A stretch of DNA of 64,000 bases, from the NCBI GenBank assembly GCA_020184695.1, contig JAANOX010000078.1, positions 1-64,000 of the forward strand. Reading direction: 5' to 3'. A program made the position numbers and the translations under genes. This DNA is from Histomonas meleagridis 2922-C6/04-290x (taxonomy: Eukaryota; Protista; Parabasalia). Under the pieces are notes generated by a model. That model saw nothing but the letters and a program-made list of their open reading frames with translations, was not told the DNA's origin and searched no databases. Positions 22,445 through 30,922 of the stretch are shown here, one piece after another. Each line of letters opens with the position of its first letter. Within the stretch, counting starts at the first letter, position 1.

Positions 22445-24338
22445 TTAAAGATGAGTATTTGAATAATTTTCGAGTAATTCAACAATGGAATTGTAATTGC
22501 TTTGACGTGCTTTATTGAGTGCTGTTTGAAACATTTTAAATAATTACCAAATTTAGAAAAATTACATCAAATTTAAGATTTAAAATATAAAGATTTAAAT
22601 TAAATATCTTTTATATTAATATCAATTCCTTTGACTTGAAGAAGAGTTTGGACAATTTCATAATTATTTTTTATTACTGCTTGAATTAATGCTGTTCGAA
22701 ACAAATAAAATAATTTCCAATTAAATATATAAAATTGTATTTAGAATTATTAAACATTATTATGAATAATAAAATATCAGTAGCATTAACATGAATATTT
22801 TCTTGTGAAATAAGTAATTTTACAATTTCTGAGTGACCATTCATTGATGCATAAACAAGTGGTGTCAAAAAATTTAAATATATTTTCCAAATTAAAATGA
22901 TAAATTTCAAGCATCTAAACTAAACAATATTTAAAAATAAGAAATATTTTTTTTGTTTATATTAATTCCTTTTAGATTTAATAACACTCTAACAATTTCA
23001 ATATGACCATTTTTTGATGCACTCGAAATCGCCGTTTCAATTGATAAAATAAAATTTTATATTATTTATAAAAATACGAAATAATTAAAATTAAGATAAA
23101 ATCAAATAATTAAACATCAGGTAAGTTAATATCAATTTCTTTTCGTTCTAAAAGCATTTTAACTATTTCAATATTTCCATATCTAGATGCTAAAATAAGT
23201 GCTGTTTCAAATTATTTTCATAATTTCCATATAAAATTTTAAAATTTCAATTAATTTATTTAAACTTTAATAATTAATATTAAATATTAATCATATTAAT
23301 ATCATTTGTATTTTTTTGAAGAAACTGTTTGACAAAGAATGAATTTCCATATTTTATTGCTGCTTTAAAAAGTTCTGAATCCCCTTTCATTCCTTCTTCT
23401 TGAAGAAAAGAAAAAATTTCAAAGTTATTAAAATTTAGACATGCAATTCCGAACACAGTTAAATCCCTAAGTTCTGAAGATTCATCATCATAAAAATAAT
23501 GAAAAATATCATTTCGATGAAACTTAATTGCTGTTTCATATGTATCTTTAAATGATGAATGATTTTGTTCACATAAATGTACGATTTCAATGTTTCCGCC
23601 AGCAACTGCATATTTGCCTGTGTTATCTACTTTTGCACCATTCATAAGTAAATATTTAAAACATTTAATTGAACCAAAAAATGCTGCGTAATCAATTAAT
23701 GTAACACCTCTTTGATTAACAAAATCACATCTTTCATAAAGTGATGGTTCGATTCTTTGATTAAAATCGAAATTATTTTGTGATGATATTTCTTGAAGTT
23801 TTTCTACTTCATCATTTCGAATTATTTTTGCAATTGCATTTGGATTATGTCCTTCTTTAATGAATTGTTTGTGTAAATTCCAATCATCTTTTGAAAGTTC
23901 TTCGATATTTGATATAAAGTGGCTGGAAAAAGGTAAAGAAGAATTATAATTTTTTTCATTTCTTTGGTAATGCTCAAAATATAATGTTTTTTTGTTTTTA
24001 ATAATATTCATATCAATCAATTGTTTTTGAATCATTTTTTCAAGGATATAATATGATTCTTGTGAATCAATTTCTAGAATATATTTTAGAAAAATTTCCA
24101 TGATCGAAAAAATTGTGATTTTTTCTTCTTGTTTTTGAACTTCATTTAAATAATCAAAATATATTTCCATATTATTTCCCTTGGATAAGAATGCAGAGTA
24201 TATTAATTTACAAATCATTAAATGAAAAGTATATGGGAGATCTGGATCAAATAAATCATAGGCTAGCTTCGCTAATTCTTTAAAATTTGTTTCGCTTATA
24301 GTAAATACGAGTTTTTCCAAAGTTTTTAAACAATTCAT
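22445..24338 (-). CDS. DUF3447-ankyrin repeat gene A; coding extends to 22445 across five 80-nt non-canonical spacers
   Basis: The 352-aa ORF has DUF3447 motifs (LIDYAAFFGSIKCFKYL, AVAGGNIEIVHLCEQ). Downstream are four 90-nt ankyrin blocks (23116-23205, 22946-23035, 22776-22865, 22606-22695) and a terminal block ending TAA at 22445-47. Confidence 0.8.
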
Positions 24339-24513
24339 TTTTGTGATATGAAAAACCGTTTTAATTTGCTTCTGAATATGTTAAATTTAACATAATATCA
24401 ACCGTAGAATAATTCATAATTTTTTTATTGATATTGATACAAAAATGTCAATAAAAAATTAAGTAAGTCATAAACGAAGATAACTTTTCATATATATTAT
24501 TTTTTCGAATTTA

Positions 24514-24608
24514 ATTTCATCATTATAATTTTTTATAAAAATAATTTTAGCTATAAAATTTTTTATTAAAAAAATATTTGGTGTGGGGAAAAGTGCATTT
24601 GCCCCTTA
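24514..24608 (+). repeat. ~95-bp dispersed repeat, copy 1
   Basis: Similar to 51549-51643 (ATTTCATC..TTTTATTAAAAAAATATTTGGTGTG..AAAGTGCAT..CCCT). Confidence 0.7.
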
Positions 24609-24888
24609 TTTTTTTTATCTTAAAACAAAAGACTCAATTTTTGATAGACATGAAATACATAGGAGATGATGGATGAATAAATTTTTAACTTATAAATTAA
24701 TTCATTGACTGTAGTTATAGATATTAATAGAACATCTAATAATAAAAATAATTTAATATTTCAAATTTATTCGAAAGATACACGTTCTACAAATATAATC
24801 GCATTAAGATGGGTATTTTTGAGAATCCTTTAAAGGATTTTACATAAAAGACATGAAAAACGAAAAATTAGAAAAATAAAAACATTTT

Positions 24889-26436
24889 TTATTCATTACT
24901 TATTTGCATAAATTTTGGTTCATAATCTATGAAAGCCTTTTCATCTTTTATTTTTTCGAAGATAATATTTTTTGTTCTTAAACTTGACAGCTTCTTTGGC
25001 ATTTTCCTTGCCACGTCTATGATTACATTTATATCAATGTGATCATAAAATTCATGATCATTGGAGAAATCGAATACACCTCCTCCATTTTTAATCATTA
25101 GAGGAACATAAAACAACAAAATGATAGCAGCAGTAAAGAACAAGAAAAACTTTTTATCAGGATTTGCTGCTAAAGATGAATCGAAAAATCGTTTTACGAT
25201 TTCGCTTTTGTTAAAACATTTCTTGAAAAATGCTTTTAATTCATCATGCATAGTTTCTGGATCAATAATTTTCTTTAACCCAATAAATTTAGTTGTTCCA
25301 GGATGAACATTTTCGATGATCATTCTTACTCGTTCTGAAAAAAATTTATAATTTTCTTTTAAGTTGATAAGAAATAGCGAATCTTTTTCCGATAATTTCA
25401 TAAAGAAAAAAAGCATAAATGATGAAGCCTCTTTAAGATCGAGTTTCTTTCCATCTTTTGTCGTAACTTCATTGGTTTCTTTGTCAATGGGAAAGATAAA
25501 GAATACATCTAAAAGAAAAAGAAGTATTTTGAAGTATTCACTGTGATTCCATATGTCTCTATCAATAAGTAAATAAATTCCAATAATATTCATTACAAAA
25601 TCTAAACGATCTTTATCAATGTTAAACTCAGATTTAATATTTTCGTGTATTCCTTTAAGTGTTTTGAGATAAATTTCTTTTTGTCTTGAAATTAATAAAT
25701 TTTGTAAATTTTGAAATTTGTCATACTTTTCAAGATTATTAAGATCAATGACTGCTCTTTCTTCAAGCGTTGAATCAATTGGATAAAGTGATACTAGAAA
25801 TGGCCATATAATATATCTTGAATTATCATCTAAGCCCCTCTTAAAACACCACTTAACAACATCATTACCATTTTGAAGACGTCCACTTTCATCAAAGTGA
25901 ATATCTGAAAGTAAAATTGGTGGAAGGCTTTGTTTGATTCCAAGAGAATTGAGAACTCGCCAATAGTTTGTCATTGACACGAAACGATACGAATGGATGC
26001 AGTTTTTAGGAAATGTTAATGAGGAAGAAGACGAATTATTTGAAGAAGTAATACCAATTGATTCATTTTTATTGATGTAAAAAGCTTGATTTTCATGAAC
26101 AAGGTAAGAGAATAATTGTGTTACAGCTAGGTTTCCAAACATATTAAATTTTATTTTTGGAAATATTGTATAATCCTTGAATAAAATGTTGATGATCGTA
26201 GATTTGGGATTGCTTGAAATAATTTCAATTACCTCAACTTGGTGTAGCAAGATGGTGAAAGAATAATTTCCTGGGTATAAATCTGATGTATTTGCATTAA
26301 CAATATTTGGCGTCCACAACAAATAATATAATGAATGATCATGAATCATTAACAATGTTCCAATAGCGAATTCTCCAGGTGTCATTTCAATTTCGACATT
26401 AGTCCAAAATGAATAAATGTCACCAGAGAATTCCAT
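24889..26436 (-). CDS. TBC1D15/Gyp7-like Rab-GAP-related protein, catalytic motifs divergent
   Basis: KWCFKRGLDDNSRYIIWPFLVSLYP..ST.EER resembles the TBC N-terminal motif. IDRDIWNH lacks the canonical IxxDxxR arginine. Confidence 0.5.
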   Translation of the reverse strand: MEFSGDIYSFWTNVEIEMTPGEFAIGTLLMIHDHSLYYLLWTPNIVNANTSDLYPGNYSFTILLHQVEVIEIISSNPKSTIINILFKDYTIFPKIKFNMFGNLAVTQLFSYLVHENQAFYINKNESIGITSSNNSSSSSLTFPKNCIHSYRFVSMTNYWRVLNSLGIKQSLPPILLSDIHFDESGRLQNGNDVVKWCFKRGLDDNSRYIIWPFLVSLYPIDSTLEERAVIDLNNLEKYDKFQNLQNLLISRQKEIYLKTLKGIHENIKSEFNIDKDRLDFVMNIIGIYLLIDRDIWNHSEYFKILLFLLDVFFIFPIDKETNEVTTKDGKKLDLKEASSFMLFFFMKLSEKDSLFLINLKENYKFFSERVRMIIENVHPGTTKFIGLKKIIDPETMHDELKAFFKKCFNKSEIVKRFFDSSLAANPDKKFFLFFTAAIILLFYVPLMIKNGGGVFDFSNDHEFYDHIDINVIIDVARKMPKKLSSLRTKNIIFEKIKDEKAFIDYEPKFMQISNE

Positions 26437-26758
26437 AAATTGGATGATCGTTTTTTTTACTATCGTAGAAGTTATAAAAAAGTGTACAAATCCAAAAACG
26501 CCTAATTGAGAATGAACGTTAAATAATATTCTTAACTTTACTTTGTCATTTTTGTGAGATTAATTGATTGGAACCATCCGATGTGTAGCGCTTTTTGAAT
26601 AAAAAACGATACTACATTTTTTCAGTAATTAACCGCATTATTTTCAATGTTCAAGATCTCCAACTTGGATGAGTCATGTCACCAGTGACATGATGCTCTC
26701 AATGAATGGTCATGTAACATTCGTTTCTTTCAAAGCTGCTGAATGACCATGTCACATT

Positions 26759-28228
26759 ATGGAGGAAGAAGAATTTACGAATACCAATGAGGAGTGTCAA
26801 CAAGAAATTATTCAAGATCCTGTTGAAGATGAACACATGCGTTTAGGTGGGTACCCACCCTTAAAGACAATCGCTAAACTTTTGGTAGGACCTCTCATAT
26901 CACAATTGCTTACATCAGTTGATGGTCTTGCTAATTCTATATGGGTTTCCAAATTCATAGGCGAAATTGGTTTGACAGCCATGTCTCAAGCCTATATTTT
27001 TGAAAATGCAATTCAGGCCTTTGGATCCTTTGCAAACACAGCTTCCAACACTAAAATTTCATATCTCCTTAGTCGTGATAACTATTCTTCTGCTGCACAA
27101 GTTATTGCCGATATAATCCGTGTATTATTTTTAATTGGTCTCATTATTCCTGCCATTTTTATTCCACTTTCCAAGTATATTATGTCATGGCTTGGCGCAG
27201 GTGCTGATGTATTACAAATGTCATTTATTTATACCATTCCTTTATTATCATGTACATTCACATCAGAACTTTATTATTTTTGCTGTGGTATTCTCCAAGC
27301 CGAAGGCCGTTCATGGCTTTACACCATTGTCCAAATCATTTCTCTTGTTGTAAGTACCTGTCTTTTCGATCCATTATTTTTATCCACAATTAAACATGTC
27401 TATGGTGGTGCTCTTTCCACCGCATTATCCGAAGGACTTCCTGGAATTGTGTTATTTATACTTGTTTTTGTGCATAAATTTTCTGTCAAGCCAACGTTTC
27501 GAGGGTTTATTAATAAATTCGATAAGGCAACGATTGGGGCCTTAGGTACTGGTGCGTCGTCTCTTGGCCTTAATTTGTCTGTCACAATTCCAGCGATTTT
27601 TATCCAAAAGTTTGTTGCTACTGCTGCATCAAACATCGGATCATATAATACTGTTATGGCAATATGGAACGCATACACACGACTATTCCAAGTAACCATG
27701 TGTGTACCAAATGCAATCAACGCCGCATATCTTCCATCTGCTTCATATGCATTTGGTAAACGTAAAATCAAGCGCGTTTTCCAACTAACATTTCATGCAG
27801 TTTGGATTGCTGCTGCATGGGGCGCATTGGTTACCTTTGTTGTAAGTGTCTTTCCACGCGATGTCGCAAAGCTTTGGAGTACTGATAATGAATTCCTTGA
27901 TTGGTCAGAAAAGATTTTGACTGTTTGCTTTTACACGATAATACTTGCGTCGATAAAATTTATTGTAATTAGTTATTTGCAGGTGACACAAATGGTAATA
28001 ACAGCCGTTGTGTTATCTGTGGTAACTGAGTTAGTTCCGTTGCCTTGTTTCGCCGCATTGTTACATTACACGGGAAAGAAAGACGACCCAAGAAGAATAT
28101 TCTTTGCATACATTTGTAATGATATATTAGCAATTGTTGTATGTTGTATTGTCGCGTTGCCGCAAATGATAAAGTTATATAGAAAGAGAAATGACAACGA
28201 TGAAGAGAATGAAATGAAAGAGTTATGA
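26759..28228 (+). CDS. MATE family multidrug/toxin efflux transporter
   Basis: About 12 TM segments, two MatE-like halves, GILQAEGRS motif. Confidence 0.9.
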   Translation: MEEEEFTNTNEECQQEIIQDPVEDEHMRLGGYPPLKTIAKLLVGPLISQLLTSVDGLANSIWVSKFIGEIGLTAMSQAYIFENAIQAFGSFANTASNTKISYLLSRDNYSSAAQVIADIIRVLFLIGLIIPAIFIPLSKYIMSWLGAGADVLQMSFIYTIPLLSCTFTSELYYFCCGILQAEGRSWLYTIVQIISLVVSTCLFDPLFLSTIKHVYGGALSTALSEGLPGIVLFILVFVHKFSVKPTFRGFINKFDKATIGALGTGASSLGLNLSVTIPAIFIQKFVATAASNIGSYNTVMAIWNAYTRLFQVTMCVPNAINAAYLPSASYAFGKRKIKRVFQLTFHAVWIAAAWGALVTFVVSVFPRDVAKLWSTDNEFLDWSEKILTVCFYTIILASIKFIVISYLQVTQMVITAVVLSVVTELVPLPCFAALLHYTGKKDDPRRIFFAYICNDILAIVVCCIVALPQMIKLYRKRNDNDEENEMKEL

Positions 28229-28630
28229 GTAAACATTCAATTGAATTGTTGGATGAAATCGAAAAATTTGGTCATAAAAATATGCAACAAATTGTTCTGC
28301 ATAAACTCAATTCAAATTTAATGGCACTTTTTATCATTTGGTGTGGTTACGCTCCTCATAACAATTGTTTTAACAAGAACAATAAAAAATTAGTGCGAAG
28401 TACGTCATGGAACCGTACTTACAACATTTCCATCATTTCGATGGATGTGAACTGAAATGATTGAGGCTTTTTGTAAGCTGTTTTCAAAGGCGTGCCCCAA
28501 GTAATTCATAAAAAAATAAACCGAAAGCAAAACCAATTTTTGAAAGTCATTTCTATGTGAATTGTCGGGCGGATATCAAAATTCAAAACACTTTGAAATA
28601 TTCAATCCCGCGCCCTTAAGTTTTACCTGT

Positions 28631-30748
28631 ATGAGCATTGACGCCACACATCAAAGTTCGGAGAACGAACCTGTGGCCAACCTATCCGATGCTGAGGTGT
28701 TGTCAATGCATTCAACATCTGGTTTGTCAATTTCTTCTCTAATCAATGATTCAAAATTATCTAGCTCAAATACCAAGCAAACGAATGCAATAGCCAAACA
28801 ACCAATTAATTTACTAAATAATTTTATTAATAATCCAACAGCATCATCAAATGATGAACAAAATAAAGAAACAAATCCTATTGTAAGAAGAAAAATAATT
28901 CAGCAACCAATTGTCAGACGAAGAGTTGTTCAACCTGTTGTTGAAGAAAAACCAAAACCAACTAAATCCGTTAATATAATGCCATTACCATCTATTCCAA
29001 TTCAGTCGAATTTTACACCACAACTTGCACCGCCAGAACCATATATTCAAAGCCAGCCAATATTACGGCCTTTTTCTCCAACATTTTATCAACCAAATTT
29101 TGCGTTTAATAATACATATTATCCTCAACAAATATATCCTGTATATCCTCAGTACGTTCCAATTCCCCAGCAGCATGTTACAATTCCAAAACCAATGATC
29201 CAACAAAATTCTTTTCCACAACCATTTGTAATTCCATTAAATTCAGATGAAATGTTTGTGCCAGATGCATACCCAATAATAAAAGATGGTAAGCAAATAT
29301 ACCTTAGGTGTGTTTGTGATGAACATCATTTAGAAGGATTATTAATACAGTGCAAAAAATGCAAAAATTACTTACATGCAATGTGTGTAAACGAGTACAA
29401 ACAGCGAACAGCATATAATTGTCCTTATTGTTCTAAGAAAAAGATACGTTGTAAATGTAATCGTAATACTCTTTATAATGAACCCTTAATTCAATGTACA
29501 AGATGTAAAATGTGGGTTCATAAGTCATGTGAAAAACTTGATTTTGGGGCTAACCCAAAGAACTTTTCTTGTTGGAGCTGTGGACAAAACACTTACGAAA
29601 TTCCATATGTCACTTTTGATGAAAAAGACGTTTCTGTGCCAAACGGTTATGTAACGGTTGATTTTGACAGAACGGAACTTATCAATTCAATTCCAAACGG
29701 TTATTTTTCGCAACTCGTGACTGAAGAAATTGGGAAATCACAAATTCATTTTAGATTAACATTAGAAAAATATTTTCATATTTTTGCCTCTTTATTATTT
29801 GATCAAGCGCATGAATTTTGGAAAGTTTTTAATAATACATTTTGTAAATTGCTTAATTGTGAAAGACAAGTCTTATTAAATGCAATTGACATTTTAGCGA
29901 CGAAACTTATTTATAATGAAAATTTATCTAATGAAACAGATCCAAATAATGATAGTTTTACATACACAGAATCCATCGAAAAACTTTTAAACTCAACACA
30001 AATTCCACGAATTGAAAAAGAGCCAAATCAAGTTGAAATATATAAAGGCGAAGACGGACATATTCATTCATCTGTCCAAGTGGAAGATGGCACATTAATA
30101 TGTCTTCTTCCTGGGGTTTTAATGCATACAGATGAAGTACAATGTGAAGATGGAATTCCACTTTCATGTTTAGTAGTAACAGATAGTAGTGTTGTCATTG
30201 ATACATCGAATACAAGTTTTTCATTCACTCCTTATTTTAGAAGGAGTTTTCATTTTAATTGCATTGTAAGATTAATTCGTGTTAATGATGAAATAAGTGT
30301 TGGGTTATTTGCAACAAGAATGAAAGGACCTTTAAATGAAGAGAAGTCAAGAAGAGGATTTGCTATACAAAAGGATAGTGAAATAATTCTTCCTTTTGAT
30401 GGCGATATTCCATATCCATTACCAAAATGTGAATGGAAAGAAAAAAGAAGAAAAGTGAAAACAATAATCGAAATTAAAGATGATCCCGAATATAAAACGA
30501 GTATGCAAACAAGATCTTCTACTAAGAAGAAGAACAAATCTGATGATAACTTGATGATAAATATTTCAAGAAAACATGAATTAGCATCTAATATGACATT
30601 ATTAGGTACATTTGTTAATGATAGTGTACCTGTAATTCCATTCATTCTGTTGCCTGATGATGAATCTGTACAAAAGTTTAAAGAAAAACAAGAAAAAGGA
30701 AAATTGAGAGGCAAAAAAATTAGTAAGTATACAAGTATCCTCGCTTAA
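28631..30748 (+). CDS. PHD-finger protein with degenerate SET-like domain (Set3/MLL5-like)
   Basis: Two PHD-like Cys/His clusters (CVC..IQCKKC..HAMCV..CPYC; CKC..IQCTRC..HKSC..CWSC) and FRRSFHFNC..V.LFATR. First ATG is 28631. Confidence 0.75.
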   Translation: MSIDATHQSSENEPVANLSDAEVLSMHSTSGLSISSLINDSKLSSSNTKQTNAIAKQPINLLNNFINNPTASSNDEQNKETNPIVRRKIIQQPIVRRRVVQPVVEEKPKPTKSVNIMPLPSIPIQSNFTPQLAPPEPYIQSQPILRPFSPTFYQPNFAFNNTYYPQQIYPVYPQYVPIPQQHVTIPKPMIQQNSFPQPFVIPLNSDEMFVPDAYPIIKDGKQIYLRCVCDEHHLEGLLIQCKKCKNYLHAMCVNEYKQRTAYNCPYCSKKKIRCKCNRNTLYNEPLIQCTRCKMWVHKSCEKLDFGANPKNFSCWSCGQNTYEIPYVTFDEKDVSVPNGYVTVDFDRTELINSIPNGYFSQLVTEEIGKSQIHFRLTLEKYFHIFASLLFDQAHEFWKVFNNTFCKLLNCERQVLLNAIDILATKLIYNENLSNETDPNNDSFTYTESIEKLLNSTQIPRIEKEPNQVEIYKGEDGHIHSSVQVEDGTLICLLPGVLMHTDEVQCEDGIPLSCLVVTDSSVVIDTSNTSFSFTPYFRRSFHFNCIVRLIRVNDEISVGLFATRMKGPLNEEKSRRGFAIQKDSEIILPFDGDIPYPLPKCEWKEKRRKVKTIIEIKDDPEYKTSMQTRSSTKKKNKSDDNLMINISRKHELASNMTLLGTFVNDSVPVIPFILLPDDESVQKFKEKQEKGKLRGKKISKYTSILA

Positions 30749-30922
30749 TAAATTGTTTAAATATATTAAATAAAAATTTATGTGAATGTTATGTTATAAC
30801 TTCTATATATTACTTCTTGATGAAAAACATTTTGATATTAATTCAGAATAATTTGTTGATTTAAAAATAACAACAAAGGAAAATTGATATGACATGTGAT
30901 GTGCAAAATCTAAGATTTGGTC

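Noticed and set aside
22526-23285. Ordinary GT-AG or U12 AT-AC introns explaining the spacers
   Set aside because: Only one spacer starts with GT and it has no AG; there is no CTAA branch motif; simple AT..AC excisions (82 or 84 nt) do not restore the frame.
28225-28455. 76-aa ORF overlapping the MATE stop (ATGA)
   Set aside because: No motif; operon-like coupling is not expected in this eukaryote.
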